A DNA stretch of 64,000 bases from an uncultured Acidobacteriota bacterium (GTDB lineage Bacteria > Acidobacteriota > Blastocatellia > RBC074): positions 512,001-576,000 of the forward strand of contig CAWCKY010000001.1 in NCBI GenBank assembly GCA_963796275.1. Reading direction: 5' to 3'. Position 1 is the stretch's first letter, and each line of letters opens with the position of its first letter. The notes under the pieces are model-generated. The model was not told where the DNA came from, did no database searches, and saw only the letters and a program-made list of their open reading frames with translations. A program made the translations under genes and the position numbers. Of this stretch, positions 47,053 through 57,915 are shown one piece after another.

Positions 47053-47793
47053 ATGAAATTCTCAGAAGCTGTCCAACTTATTGCAAGATCAAATCGCCTC
47101 GTAGGATTCACCGGCGCAGGTATATCGACCGAATCAGGTATTCCCGATTTTCGCAGTCCGAACGGCGTGTGGGCCAACAACCGAATGATCGAATACAACG
47201 AGTTTATCAGCAGTCGTCCCGGGCGCATCGAGTACTGGCGGCAGAAAGTGTCGATGTGGCCTGAAATGCGAGATGCTCAACCTAATGCCGGCCATCTGGC
47301 TTTCGTCGAGCTGGAACGCCAGGGCCGGCTGCGCGCGATGATCACACAGAACATCGACGGGTTGCACCAGCGGGCTGGCAATCGATCTGAGCTGGTAATC
47401 GAACTGCATGGCACAACGGCCGAAGCTGTTTGTTTAACCTGCGGAGACCGCATAACAATGGATGAAGCCGTGAAACGCGTTGAAGCTGGTGATCTAGCGC
47501 CGGAATGCGATCACTGCGGTGGTCTGCTCAAGCCGGCGACGGTATCGTTCGGCCAGGCTATGCCTGCGCGTGAAATGCAACTTGCCTCCGAAGCATCGAA
47601 AGATTGCGATGTGTTTCTGGCTGTCGGATCGTCGCTCGTCGTATATCCGGCAGCCGCGCTTCCCGAATTGGCGAAGCGCTACGGTGCGGCTTTGATCATC
47701 CTCAACCGGACTCCGACTTCGATGGATGCGCTCGCCGATCTGGTGATAAACGACGAAATCGGTAAGGCGCTTCCGCAGCTCATCGGAGGATAG
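47053..47793 (+). CDS. cobB: Sir2-family NAD-dependent deacylase
   Basis: TGAGISTESGIPDFR, ITQNIDGLHQ, ELHG, two CxxC, GSSL. Confidence 0.92.
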   Translation: MKFSEAVQLIARSNRLVGFTGAGISTESGIPDFRSPNGVWANNRMIEYNEFISSRPGRIEYWRQKVSMWPEMRDAQPNAGHLAFVELERQGRLRAMITQNIDGLHQRAGNRSELVIELHGTTAEAVCLTCGDRITMDEAVKRVEAGDLAPECDHCGGLLKPATVSFGQAMPAREMQLASEASKDCDVFLAVGSSLVVYPAAALPELAKRYGAALIILNRTPTSMDALADLVINDEIGKALPQLIGG

Positions 47794-47884
47794 TCAGGAC
47801 TATCAAACCTGGCTCGCCCTTTCGGCAAAGGTCGATCTGGCATTGAGCTTAATGGCCAAGAAGCAATAAGCGATCGCTCATAGG

Positions 47885-49213
47885 TTAAGTCATGGCGGGA
47901 ACTATGCGGCCGCGGCACTCGCCAAACCCGATTCGTCTAAACCCTTCGCGCTCGCAGTAACCGCGAAAGATCACTTCATCTCCATCCTCCAGAAATCTGC
48001 GCACTTCACCGTTAGGCAGTTGAACCGGTTCGTTTCCGCGGAATGTCAGCTCGATCAGGCAGCCGAAGCTATCCTTCGTGGTCCCCGACACGGTGCCGCT
48101 CGCTATCAGATCGCTCGGGCGCAGATTGCACCCGTTGCTCGAGTGGTGAGTGAGCAATTGAGCGAGCGTCCAATAGAGGTCTTTCGTGTTGCTGCTGCTC
48201 AGGCGATGCGGCTCGATTTTTTTTTCGCGCATCTGCCGTGTAGCAAGATAGGATTCGAGTTTGATATCGAATCCGCCTCTGTTGCGGTTCTGGATCGAAT
48301 CGAGATAAGCCAACGGTTCCGGATCGCCTTCGGGCCGTTTAAACGCGGGCAGGCGGAAGGGGGCGAGCGCCTCCCGCATCACAATCCACGGTGAAATCGT
48401 CGTGGCGAAGCTCTTCGATAGGAATGGCCCCAGCGGCTGGTATTCCCATCGCTGAATGTCGCGCGCTGACCAGTCGTTTATCAGACAGAGACCGAAGATA
48501 TGGTCCTCGGCCTCGCTAATCTTTAAGGGCTTGCCCAGATCATTACCGTATCCCACGAAGAATCCGACTTCGAGTTCATAGTCGAGAACTCTGCTCGGAC
48601 CGTACGATGGCGCTTCTGCGTTATCGTCTTTGGTCTGGCCGGACGGACGATGGATATCTGTGCCGCTGATCACGATCGAAGACGCGCGACCGTGATAGCC
48701 GATGGGGACCCATTTGTAATTGGGCAGTAGCGGCTGATCCGGACGAAACATCCGGCCGATGTTGGTCGCGTGAGAGATCGAAGCGTAGAAATCGGTGTAA
48801 TCCCCTATCTCGGTCGGTACCAGCATTTCAACTTCGTCCATGGGGATAAGGAAGTCTTCGATGATGTAACGTTCATCGCTGTAATTGTCTGCGCGCAGCA
48901 GGCGGCTCACGCGTCGCCGAAATTCCGACTGCAATTCGGGTTCGAGCAACATCAGGAAATCGAGCGATTCTACGGAACAGGCGTCAGCGATCATATCGTC
49001 GAAATCGCCCTCCCATAGCTCATCGGCCACATCGGTAATATTGAGTATCTGATCGCCGATGGCCACACCGATGTTGGGAAGTTCGTCTATATCTTTTCGG
49101 TAGAAGAGTCCGAGGGGTAAATTCTGAATAGGGAAATCCGACTTCGGATCGTTCGCGGATTCCACCCAGCTCTTGAGATTCGGATCGTGACTTTCGTTGA
49201 TCGAGAAGGGCAT
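47885..49213 (-). CDS. fahA: Fumarylacetoacetase
   Basis: DFPIQNLP, DYTDFY, YHGRASS, DYELE, NDWSARDIQ.WEYQPLGPF. Confidence 0.95.
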   Translation of the reverse strand: MPFSINESHDPNLKSWVESANDPKSDFPIQNLPLGLFYRKDIDELPNIGVAIGDQILNITDVADELWEGDFDDMIADACSVESLDFLMLLEPELQSEFRRRVSRLLRADNYSDERYIIEDFLIPMDEVEMLVPTEIGDYTDFYASISHATNIGRMFRPDQPLLPNYKWVPIGYHGRASSIVISGTDIHRPSGQTKDDNAEAPSYGPSRVLDYELEVGFFVGYGNDLGKPLKISEAEDHIFGLCLINDWSARDIQRWEYQPLGPFLSKSFATTISPWIVMREALAPFRLPAFKRPEGDPEPLAYLDSIQNRNRGGFDIKLESYLATRQMREKKIEPHRLSSSNTKDLYWTLAQLLTHHSSNGCNLRPSDLIASGTVSGTTKDSFGCLIELTFRGNEPVQLPNGEVRRFLEDGDEVIFRGYCEREGFRRIGFGECRGRIVPAMT

Positions 49214-49221
49214 AACAATCC

Positions 49222-50109
49222 TCACATTAGATTTATTTTCTTCATATCTTCGATCGGCTCTTCGAATGAGCACGAACCGAATGAGATTGCGAAAAGATTG
49301 CGCGCGTTCCGCAATTGCCCTCTGACGACTATCTCCCCACGCCAGATGACGCTACCGGCTTCAAATTGAAACGAATGGGGAGACCTTTCTTCAAGCAATT
49401 GAGCGAGCTGCTCGACATCCATTCCATTATATGAATACGCGGCTGCGAGAAAGACGTTCAGGAACCCGTGCATCAACGCCTGCCCGCTGTCGGGCTCATA
49501 AGTCAGGTTATTGAATGAGCGCAGCGGATGGTGTAAGCCGGCGGTAGCTTTGAATGGAACATCCTCCTCCGCACAGGCTTTGATAAAACGAGCGAGGTCG
49601 ATCGACGACGGAAACGCATCGGCAGTTACGCCTCCGGTTCGCACTTTGGCGCGAGCGCCTGTGGCTCCGATGGCCTTGACCAGGTCATGCGGGTCTTCGG
49701 CAATGGGGATCTCAAAGTATGTTTTCAACTTTTCAGGTATCAAGTTCATCGCCCTTTTAATATCCCTCTGATGCGCGACCTTGATTTCAAGGGTATCGAT
49801 CGAAGCGTCTCTCGTTTTGGCAATGCTTTCGTTGAAATTATCTATATTCTCCAGGTCAGAGTCGAGTCCGTCCCCCGAAAGCGCGCTCAACAACCAGGGC
49901 TCTTTTCCGCCTTCGAGTTGAACGGCAGCTCGCTCGAACTCGTTCAGCCTGGCGATGGGAACGATAAAGCGGCCCAGATACCGGGAATATTCGCCATTTT
50001 GATAAACCGCGTAATTTCTGACAGCCGCAGCCATATCCAATGCGGCGGGCGGAAATATCCCCGCATAATCGATCAATCCCGTCATTAATTCCTGGAGTGA
50101 AAGGAGCAT
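49222..50109 (-). CDS. Uncharacterised protein between hmgA and fahA
   Basis: GLIDYAGIFPPA, KVRTGG, PFKATAGLHHP, MHGFLNV, SFGSCS..EP; 8 nt from the fahA start. Confidence 0.85.
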   Translation of the reverse strand: MLLSLQELMTGLIDYAGIFPPAALDMAAAVRNYAVYQNGEYSRYLGRFIVPIARLNEFERAAVQLEGGKEPWLLSALSGDGLDSDLENIDNFNESIAKTRDASIDTLEIKVAHQRDIKRAMNLIPEKLKTYFEIPIAEDPHDLVKAIGATGARAKVRTGGVTADAFPSSIDLARFIKACAEEDVPFKATAGLHHPLRSFNNLTYEPDSGQALMHGFLNVFLAAAYSYNGMDVEQLAQLLEERSPHSFQFEAGSVIWRGEIVVRGQLRNARNLFAISFGSCSFEEPIEDMKKINLM

Positions 50110-50112
50110 AAT

Positions 50113-50227
50113 CAGAAGACAGTAGTCAGAAGCCAGGAGACAGAGGGTGGCAGTCAGAATTCAGAAGAAATGACAATTTTCTCGACTCTTTAAACCGCAT
50201 CTCTAGTCTTCTGACCTCTGACTGCCA
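50113..50227. repeat. Eight in-register degenerate heptamers (CAGAAGA-like) with an inverted partner inside the hmgA 3' end
   Basis: Periodic array at 50113-50168; TGGCAGTCAGA (50148-50158) pairs with TCTGACTGCCA (50217-50227). Confidence 0.65.
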
Positions 50228-51534
50228 TTTTCTATCTCTGCTTGGAAATGTTTCGGCAATCCCTGCCAGCAATCGAAATAATCCTTCTGCAATGTAGGTA
50301 ACTCCATCGCGAATTTCGTTGGCCGGATGACGAGGCGCGTTTCAAACATAAACGCCAGATTTTTTTCGTAACGTTCCGGCTTGAGATCAGCCTCCCTGGC
50401 CTTTGCGAATGCCGCGGCATCTGGCCCATGCGCCGACATGCAATTATGCAGACTTGCGCCACCGGGAACAAAACCCTCAGCCTTCGCGTCGTATTGCCCG
50501 AAGATCAAACCCATAAATTCGCTCATCACGTTCCGATGAAAAAAAGGTGGGCGGAAGGTATGCTCCGCTACCATCCAGCGCGGCGGGAATATGACGAAAT
50601 CGACATTGGCCGTGCCCGGTGTATCCGAGATGGAGGTTAGAACCGTGAAGATCGATGGATCGGCATGATCGAAGCTCACCGTGTTGATTGTATTGAAATT
50701 TGCCAGGTCGTATTTGTACGGCGCATAGTTTCCGTGCCAGGCGACAACGTCGAGTGGTGAATGACCGATAACCGCTTCCCAAAGATTGCCCTGGAATTTG
50801 GCGATGATGCGCAGATCGCCTTCTCGTTCGTCATAAGCGGCAACCGGTGTCAGGAAATCCCTGGGATTCGCCAACCCATTTGCGCCGATAATTCCAAGTT
50901 CTGGCAGATTGAAATGTGCGCCATAGTTTTCGCACACGTAGCCGCGGGCTTCGCCATCGGGCAGGTTGATTTGGAATTTCAGCCCGCGTTGCAAAACACA
51001 AATTTCACCCGGCGCGACTTCCAATATTCCCAGCTCGGTATGGATCGATAAACGGCCGCGCTCGGGCACTATGAGCAATTCACCATCAGCATTATAGAAG
51101 AAGCGGTCGCGCATCGGCGCATTAGCCGCGTAGATGTGGATTCCCGCGCCGGTGGACATGCCAACATCGCCGTTGGCGCCCATCGTCACGAGACCATCGA
51201 TGAAGTCGGTGGGTTTTTGCGGCAGCGGCAGCGGATCCCACCGCAGCTGATTGGGCGTCGTCGATGGATTCTCATCGAAAGGCGCGGTGCGGATGAGGCC
51301 GTTTGCGATGCGCTTGAACGGTTTGTGCACGACCGATGGGCGAATGCGGTACAGCCATGAGCGCCGGTTTATCCCGCGCGGCGCAGTGAAAGGCGACCCG
51401 CTGAACTGCTCCGCGTAGAGACCGAGGGGCGGCTTCTGCGGAGAGTTTTGCCCTATCGGCAGAGCCCCCGCACGCGCCTCCGTTGCGAAATCGTTGCCGA
51501 AGCCCGATTGGTATGGAAGTTTGGCTGATGACAT
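50203..51534 (-). CDS. hmgA: Homogentisate 1,2-dioxygenase
   Basis: [56 protein letters not shown]. Confidence 0.97.
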   Translation of the reverse strand: MSSAKLPYQSGFGNDFATEARAGALPIGQNSPQKPPLGLYAEQFSGSPFTAPRGINRRSWLYRIRPSVVHKPFKRIANGLIRTAPFDENPSTTPNQLRWDPLPLPQKPTDFIDGLVTMGANGDVGMSTGAGIHIYAANAPMRDRFFYNADGELLIVPERGRLSIHTELGILEVAPGEICVLQRGLKFQINLPDGEARGYVCENYGAHFNLPELGIIGANGLANPRDFLTPVAAYDEREGDLRIIAKFQGNLWEAVIGHSPLDVVAWHGNYAPYKYDLANFNTINTVSFDHADPSIFTVLTSISDTPGTANVDFVIFPPRWMVAEHTFRPPFFHRNVMSEFMGLIFGQYDAKAEGFVPGGASLHNCMSAHGPDAAAFAKAREADLKPERYEKNLAFMFETRLVIRPTKFAMELPTLQKDYFDCWQGLPKHFQAEIENGSQRSED

Positions 51535-51635
51535 GACAATTTAAGATTACCAAAAATCAGGAACGCTATCGAGCAGGCCATGTCAATGGCCATTTATTCA
51601 AACAGATTCGTTCGCTCCAGCTCGCGTTACTGAAT

Positions 51636-52727
51636 TCATACCAGATTTCCCCGCAATGCCTGCTCGCGTTCGATCGCTTCAAACAATGCTTTGAAATTGC
51701 CCTTCCCGAAACCCTGGCATCCTTTTCGCTGGATGATCTCGTAAAAGAGCGTCGGACGATCTTCGACAGGCTTAGTGAATATCTGCAGCAGATATCCGTC
51801 TTCATCGCGATCCACCAGAAGTTTCAGGTTCCGCAATTCTGCGATCCGCTCATCTATCCCGCCGGAGCGATCGGATAGCCCTTCATAGTAAGTATCCGGA
51901 ACCTCGAGAAACTCCGTGCCGTTTGCGCGCAGTCTGCTGACCGTCGAGATAATGTCAGTCGTGAGCAGCGCGATGTGTTGTACCCCTGGGCCATGATAGC
52001 ACTCGAGGTACTCTTGAATCTGACTCTTGCGGCGGCCCCAGGCGGGTTCGTTGATCGGGAATTTGATGCTGCGCGAATCGTTGGCCATTACCACGCTATT
52101 GAGTGCGCTGTATTCGGTCGAAATATCCTTATCATCGAACGTCATAAAACGGTTAAACCCGAACACGCGACTGTACCAATCCTCCCATTCGGACATCTTC
52201 CCCGGTTCGACGTTGGCGACGAAGTGATCGATCCGCAGCAGCCCCGCCTCGCGGCCCGCAACATTCGATTCGACAAATCCCGGCAGAAAAGGCCCTTTAT
52301 AATCCTGGCGCGCGATGAACGAGTGGATCGTATCGCAGTAGATCTTCACGCTGGCGCGTCGCACCGCACCAAACTCGTCTTCCAGAGTGTGCGGCGGTTC
52401 GTTGGGCGTGGCGCCCCGCGAAGTGGCGAGCTCGTATGCGCGATCGGCATCGTCGACTTCGAGCGCGATATCTTTAACTCCATCGCCATGTTTTCTTACG
52501 TGCTCTGCGACTTGAGATTCGGGATGGAGCGGCGAGGTCAAGACAAACCTGATGGTCCCCTGGCGTATAGCATACGAGGCTTTTTCGCGGTCGCCGGTCT
52601 CAAGTCCGGCATATGCGATACGCGAGAAACCGAAAGCATTGCGATAGTAATAATCGGCTTGCTTCGCGTTACCGACAAAAAATTCGATATGATGGATTTG
52701 TCTGATGTTGAGGGATGCGGTACTCAT
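51636..52727 (-). CDS. hppD: 4-hydroxyphenylpyruvate dioxygenase
   Basis: [45 protein letters not shown]. Confidence 0.96.
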   Translation of the reverse strand: MSTASLNIRQIHHIEFFVGNAKQADYYYRNAFGFSRIAYAGLETGDREKASYAIRQGTIRFVLTSPLHPESQVAEHVRKHGDGVKDIALEVDDADRAYELATSRGATPNEPPHTLEDEFGAVRRASVKIYCDTIHSFIARQDYKGPFLPGFVESNVAGREAGLLRIDHFVANVEPGKMSEWEDWYSRVFGFNRFMTFDDKDISTEYSALNSVVMANDSRSIKFPINEPAWGRRKSQIQEYLECYHGPGVQHIALLTTDIISTVSRLRANGTEFLEVPDTYYEGLSDRSGGIDERIAELRNLKLLVDRDEDGYLLQIFTKPVEDRPTLFYEIIQRKGCQGFGKGNFKALFEAIEREQALRGNLV

Positions 52728-52756
52728 TTTGACACCTCCGATAGAATGCGAGCTGC

Positions 52757-53614
52757 TCAAAAACTATCGATAAAATCTCGAGTCACTTCCTTTAAATAGC
52801 TGTAAGACGGTATGACAAACAATACCGGCTGCATATCCGAGTAATCGTAGTCGGTGTTTATCACCTCCTTCAGGTCGAATTTGCGCCGGTCGACTTTATC
52901 GCTGAACGCATATTCGAGTTCGCTGTAGGAGGACAGCAGCCCCGCTCCGAAAGCTTTGATTCCGGCTCCTTCTTCGACCAGACCGAATTCGACGGTGAAC
53001 CAGTACAGACGTCCCAATTGCCTCAACTGCTCGTCGCTGGCGACGACGGCGCCCTTGCCGATGAATTGCGAAAAATCAGCGAAATCGGGGTTGGTGAAAT
53101 TTGGGATATGGCCGATGATCTCGTGAACGATATCGGGTTCAGGCGTGTAATCGGGCCGCGAATGATGGCGCAAGTACTGAGTGCAGAGCATCGTCCGCTT
53201 CCCGAGCCAGCTCAGGAATGCCCGGGTCTCGACCAGCCCCTCGATTGGTGCGAGCCGAAAGTTCGAGACCTCGCGCAGCTTCGGGTCGAGATCACGAAGT
53301 TGTGGAATGAGATTGCGGCTGATCCCGAGTTTGCGCTTAGATTCGAGATAGAGAGAACAGGCGCGACGCTCCTGCGTTTCTCCGAGCTGATCATAAACGT
53401 GTCTCCAGATCGCCGTCTCTTCCGCCGTATACTCTACGTTGGGAATGATGTGATCGGGGTCCTCGCGGTAACACTTGGCCAATTCCGCGATGAAGTTGCG
53501 GCGCGATCGATACTCCGCGTCCTGGGCTCCGGGATGGTCGATCGGGAGCATGCTGATCTCCTCAAACCCGATGTCACTGTTCAAAAATTCTTCAGTCGTG
53601 ATCATTACTTTCAT
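52757..53614 (-). CDS. phhA: Phenylalanine 4-hydroxylase (pterin-dependent aromatic amino acid hydroxylase)
   Basis: [39 protein letters not shown]. Confidence 0.92.
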   Translation of the reverse strand: MKVMITTEEFLNSDIGFEEISMLPIDHPGAQDAEYRSRRNFIAELAKCYREDPDHIIPNVEYTAEETAIWRHVYDQLGETQERRACSLYLESKRKLGISRNLIPQLRDLDPKLREVSNFRLAPIEGLVETRAFLSWLGKRTMLCTQYLRHHSRPDYTPEPDIVHEIIGHIPNFTNPDFADFSQFIGKGAVVASDEQLRQLGRLYWFTVEFGLVEEGAGIKAFGAGLLSSYSELEYAFSDKVDRRKFDLKEVINTDYDYSDMQPVLFVIPSYSYLKEVTRDFIDSF

Positions 53615-53673
53615 CTCCCTTGTGCGCTTCGCCGACTTGCGACCGGGGAAACTGGGCGACCGGGCGAATTTAT

Positions 53674-55692
53674 TTAATCGCTCCGCCGCCTCGACTCCCC
53701 AGTCGTAAATCGGCAATCCGCAATTGCATTTACCGACGCCGGATTTTCCAGCGCGGTTAAATCTCCAGGCTCTTCGCCCAGATAAGCTGCACGAATTACT
53801 CTGCGCATCACTTTCGCATTGCGCGTCTTCGGCAATAGGGGGACGAAGAAAACCTTGGCGGGCCGTAGCGGTTTGCCCATTTCCGCAGCGACCATCAATT
53901 TTAAATCATCGGCCAGCTTTTCATTAGCCTCCGCGTCCGCTCTGAGGACGCAGAAAACGATAAGTGCGCTGCCCTTCATCGCATCCGGAATCCCGATGGC
54001 GGCGGCCTCATTAACGTCCGAGTGCGCCACCAGGACTGACTCGATCTCGGCGGGTCCGACGCGCTTGCCGGCAATCTTCAAGGTATCGTCGCTGCGACCG
54101 AGGATGTGCCAATGGTCATCGGCATCGATCATCGCCCAATCGCCGTGCACCCAGATATCCGGCCAGCGCGACCAGTAGGTATTTATATAACGGTCGGCGT
54201 CCTTCCAGAACCCGCGAGCCTGGCCGATCCAGGGTTTGCGTATTGCGAGTTCACCCACGGCGCCGCGCACCGATTCTCCGTTTTCACCGATCACATCGGC
54301 ATCGATCCCCGGGCAGGGCGCGGAAAATGCGCACGGTTTGATGGGCAGCAGGGGATTGTTCATCAAGATTCCGCCTGATATTTCCGTGCCGCCCGAATAG
54401 TTGATGATCGGAATATTCTTTTTCCCGACTCGCTCAAATAGCCACCACCACGGGTCCGGGTTCCACGGTTCTCCAGTAGACCCGAAGATGCGTAAGCTCG
54501 AAAGATCAGTTCCGTTTATCCATTGATCTCCGTTGGCGGCCAGGGCACGGACGAGAGTCGGCGAAATTCCCAGCACCTCGACTTTATGCCTCTCACAGAA
54601 TGACCAGATGCGATCCGGCTTCGGATAATCGGGCGCGCCGTCGTAAATCACAATTGTACCGCCCAGGATGAGAGTCCCATAGATCAACCATGGGCCCATC
54701 ATCCACCCGATGTCTGTCATCCAGGAGATGCGCGTGCCTCGTCCAACGTCCGTGCCAAAACTCATATCCTGTGCCGACTTAACGGGAAAGCCGCAGTGGG
54801 TATGTAAGATGCCCTTCGGGCGACCAGTCGTTCCTGAAGTGTAAATGGCGATCAGCGGGTCTTCCGCACCGGTTATCTCAGGATATCTGAATTTGGCATT
54901 CTTCGATCCGGTCTCCAGCAATTGGTCGAAATAGATGTCGCGGCCAGCCTTCATCGGAATGGTCATCGTTGACCGGCGGACAACTATGACGCGCACGATA
55001 TCGGGCAGATCTGCGGCGGCTTCATCAGCGGTAAGTTTTGCATCGACATTTTTGCCGCGGCGAGGGTAGCTGTCACATGTGAATAAGGCCCGGGCGCCGG
55101 CGTCTCTCAGGCGCGATTCGATCGCAGATGGGCCGAATCCCGAAAAGAGCGGCACTGCGACTGCGCCGATGCGATTGATGGCGAGCAGCGCGATCGCGGT
55201 TTCCGGAATCATCGGGAGGTGAATGCCGACTGCATCCCCTTTCCGCAGACCGCAGGCGCGCAAACCGGCGGAGCAGAGACAGACTTCATTCCAGAGTTCC
55301 TGATAAGTCAGGGTGCGAGTCTCGCCTTCTTCACCTTCCCAGATGAGGGCAGCCGTCTGCGCCATCGCTTCGTCCTCGACCCAGCGATCGAGGCAGCTCT
55401 TGCTGATGTTCAGTTCCGCGTCGACGCACCATTTCGGCCATTGAATGCCGCGCGAGAGATCGACTATCTGGCTGTAGGGTTTATCGAATTGGATGTCGAG
55501 AAAACGCAGCAATTGTTCGGTGAACCATGCGAAATCGTCGATCGAGCGCCGATAAACTTCGTCAAAAGTTGTGAGCCCGCAAAATGCGATGAAGCGCGAC
55601 AGTTGCGCACGCTCGATTATTTCGCTGGTGGGCCGCCATGCTATTGCCTTGTCATTACGTACTTCATCAGACATCTTTTTCGATTCAAACAC
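53674..55692 (-). CDS. AMP-forming acyl-CoA synthetase (acetate/acetoacetate-CoA ligase-like)
   Basis: [34 protein letters not shown]. Confidence 0.88.
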   Translation of the reverse strand: MFESKKMSDEVRNDKAIAWRPTSEIIERAQLSRFIAFCGLTTFDEVYRRSIDDFAWFTEQLLRFLDIQFDKPYSQIVDLSRGIQWPKWCVDAELNISKSCLDRWVEDEAMAQTAALIWEGEEGETRTLTYQELWNEVCLCSAGLRACGLRKGDAVGIHLPMIPETAIALLAINRIGAVAVPLFSGFGPSAIESRLRDAGARALFTCDSYPRRGKNVDAKLTADEAAADLPDIVRVIVVRRSTMTIPMKAGRDIYFDQLLETGSKNAKFRYPEITGAEDPLIAIYTSGTTGRPKGILHTHCGFPVKSAQDMSFGTDVGRGTRISWMTDIGWMMGPWLIYGTLILGGTIVIYDGAPDYPKPDRIWSFCERHKVEVLGISPTLVRALAANGDQWINGTDLSSLRIFGSTGEPWNPDPWWWLFERVGKKNIPIINYSGGTEISGGILMNNPLLPIKPCAFSAPCPGIDADVIGENGESVRGAVGELAIRKPWIGQARGFWKDADRYINTYWSRWPDIWVHGDWAMIDADDHWHILGRSDDTLKIAGKRVGPAEIESVLVAHSDVNEAAAIGIPDAMKGSALIVFCVLRADAEANEKLADDLKLMVAAEMGKPLRPAKVFFVPLLPKTRNAKVMRRVIRAAYLGEEPGDLTALENPASVNAIADCRFTTGESRRRSD

Positions 55693-56635
55693 TTATGACA
55701 GCATCGACGCAAGCGGAGGATACTGGGTGAAGCCAGTGGCGATACCCCGGATTCCGGCCCCCCGCTATCTCGAAGAAGTTCTTTTGTATCGTTTCGCAAA
55801 TCGGCCTCGTTCTGCCATCGCCGATGATCAGGCCATCGACCTCGCGGATTGGTGCGATCTCGATCGCCGTGCCGGTCAGGAATGCTTCGTTTGCGGTGAA
55901 CAGATCATCGAGTGCGAGCGCGCGAATTTCAATCTTATAACCGAGGCCGCGCGCAATCTCGATGACCGAATCGCGTGTGATTCCGAGCAGAATCGAAGAC
56001 TTTTCATCATTCGTCAATAACTTGCCGTCGCGTACGAGGAAAATGTTTTCAACCGCTCCTTCCGACAGGTTACCGTTCAGATCGAGCAGAATCGCCTCAT
56101 CGAAGCCCTTCTTCGTTGCATCGCGGGCCGCCAGTATCGCGTTAATATACTGGCCGGTCGATTTCGCCGTCGTCGGAAGCATGCTCGAGTGGAATTTCTT
56201 CCACGGGGAGATGGTCACACGCAACCCCCTGGCCTTTTTCTCCGCATTCATCGCATGAGGCCATTCCCAGGCGATTATCGTAACGCTCACGGGGCAAACC
56301 GACCGTATCCCCAGACCACTGCTATCGAAATATGCTATCGGCCTGATATAGCAATTTTTGAAATTGTTGAGACTGATGCTCTCCCTGATCGCTTCGGCGA
56401 GGCGTTCTTTTTTGTAGGGAATCTCGATCCCACATATTTCAGCCGATGCATAGAGCCGATCAAGATGCTCTTTCAGACGGAAAACTACAGGGCCCTCTGG
56501 GGTCTCATAGGCACGGATCCCTTCAAATACACCCATCCCGTAATGAAGGCCGTATGCGGACGGGTGAATGTTCGCCTCTTTCCAAGTCACATGCTGCCCG
56601 TTGTGCCAAACCCATTCTGTCCGCTCGAATGACAT
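55685..56635 (-). CDS. ilvE: Fold-type IV (IlvE-like) amino acid aminotransferase
   Basis: [48 protein letters not shown]. Confidence 0.85.
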   Translation of the reverse strand: MSFERTEWVWHNGQHVTWKEANIHPSAYGLHYGMGVFEGIRAYETPEGPVVFRLKEHLDRLYASAEICGIEIPYKKERLAEAIRESISLNNFKNCYIRPIAYFDSSGLGIRSVCPVSVTIIAWEWPHAMNAEKKARGLRVTISPWKKFHSSMLPTTAKSTGQYINAILAARDATKKGFDEAILLDLNGNLSEGAVENIFLVRDGKLLTNDEKSSILLGITRDSVIEIARGLGYKIEIRALALDDLFTANEAFLTGTAIEIAPIREVDGLIIGDGRTRPICETIQKNFFEIAGGRNPGYRHWLHPVSSACVDAVISV

Positions 56636-56786
56636 CGATTTTCTCCTCAGCCAATTTAAGCAGGTTATTCAGCCTGCCCGACTTTTTTAGGGGATAGAGC
56701 AGGTATCTTACCCCGCCCTACTACATAGTCTTCCGATCACCAATTAGTATGAAATGATATGACTGGCAAGATGGCGGATGAATATG

Positions 56787-56828
56787 TATTTTAAGGTATT
56801 GCTATAAATCCATTTAATATTTTAAGGT
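56787..56828. promoter_or_regulatory. Direct repeat TATTTTAAGGT x2 at 31-bp spacing, candidate Lrp sites
   Basis: Copies at 56787-56797 and 56818-56828 in the divergent ilvE/lrp region. Confidence 0.45.
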
Positions 56829-56838
56829 TGTTTGGATT

Positions 56839-57348
56839 ATGAGTTTAGAAAACGAAAAGCTACTTGACGATATCGGATGGCATATTTTGCAGGAGCTCCA
56901 GCAGAACGCGCGGCTCTCCTTTGCCGAGCTGGGGCGGAGGGTTGGGCTATCGATTCCGGCCGTGACCGAACGCGTGCATCGGATGGAGGACGCAGGGATC
57001 ATCACCGGATATCACGCCGATGTGAATCCGGAAAAAGTCGGATTACCGATTATTGCATTCATCCGGATGAACATTACGGGCAACGTATCATCTCAGATCG
57101 TGGGATTGATGAATGACCTTACGGAAGTGAGCGAGTGCCATCGCGGGACGGGCGGCGATTCATTTATCATGAAAGTTCGCGTCTCTTCGATCGCCCATCT
57201 CGAAAATGTAATTGAGAGACTTTTGCCATATGGCACTACTACTACTTCAATTGTCCTGTCCTCACCTGTTACAAAGCGGTTGATTGAACGAGTCAAGAGA
57301 CAAAAGGAAGATTCACCGAAAAAATCACCGAAGGAGATCAAACGGTAA
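56839..57348 (+). CDS. Lrp/AsnC-family transcriptional regulator
   Basis: [36 protein letters not shown]; ECHRGTG. Confidence 0.93.
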   Translation: MSLENEKLLDDIGWHILQELQQNARLSFAELGRRVGLSIPAVTERVHRMEDAGIITGYHADVNPEKVGLPIIAFIRMNITGNVSSQIVGLMNDLTEVSECHRGTGGDSFIMKVRVSSIAHLENVIERLLPYGTTTTSIVLSSPVTKRLIERVKRQKEDSPKKSPKEIKR

Positions 57349-57364
57349 ATAAGTAAATAAAGAA

Positions 57365-57385
57365 GGGCTTGATGGAATCAAGCCC
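57365..57385. terminator. Hairpin between convergent lrp and cyclophilin genes
   Basis: GGGCTTGAT-GGA-ATCAAGCCC. Confidence 0.55.
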
Positions 57386-57415
57386 AGCCATTTTATTGGT
57401 CATTCTGCGTATGTC

Positions 57416-57871
57416 TCAGCTCATTTTGCCGACGACATAAACACGATTCATCACATCGCCGACCTGAATATTTCGCACAACATCCATCCCCTCGGTCACA
57501 CGCCCGAACACCGCATAGTTGTTGTCGAGAAATGGGGTCGGCGAGAGAGTTATATAGAACTGCGAACTCGCGCTGTTCGGATCAGACGAACGTGCCATTG
57601 CCAGCGCTCCCGCATCGCCGTGTTTCAGGTTCGGGCTGACTTCAAGAGGGATGTTCTTTCCTGATCCACCCGTGCCGGTCCCGTGCGGACACCCGCCTTG
57701 AATCACAAAACCGGCTTCGACGCGATGGAATTTTAAACCGTCATAAAACTTTTTTTCCGCCAGTTCGATAAAATTTGCAGTCGTGATCGGCGCCAGGTCC
57801 TCATTGAGAATAACCTTGATCTGGCCTTTACTGGTTTCAATAATCGCAGTGCGATTTTCAGTTACGGACAT
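57416..57871 (-). CDS. Cyclophilin-type peptidyl-prolyl isomerase
   Basis: [33 protein letters not shown]. Confidence 0.95.
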   Translation of the reverse strand: MSVTENRTAIIETSKGQIKVILNEDLAPITTANFIELAEKKFYDGLKFHRVEAGFVIQGGCPHGTGTGGSGKNIPLEVSPNLKHGDAGALAMARSSDPNSASSQFYITLSPTPFLDNNYAVFGRVTEGMDVVRNIQVGDVMNRVYVVGKMS

Positions 57872-57915
57872 TTTACTCCTCTATAATTTCGGGGAACGTG
57901 GGCGCTCCCTCATTT

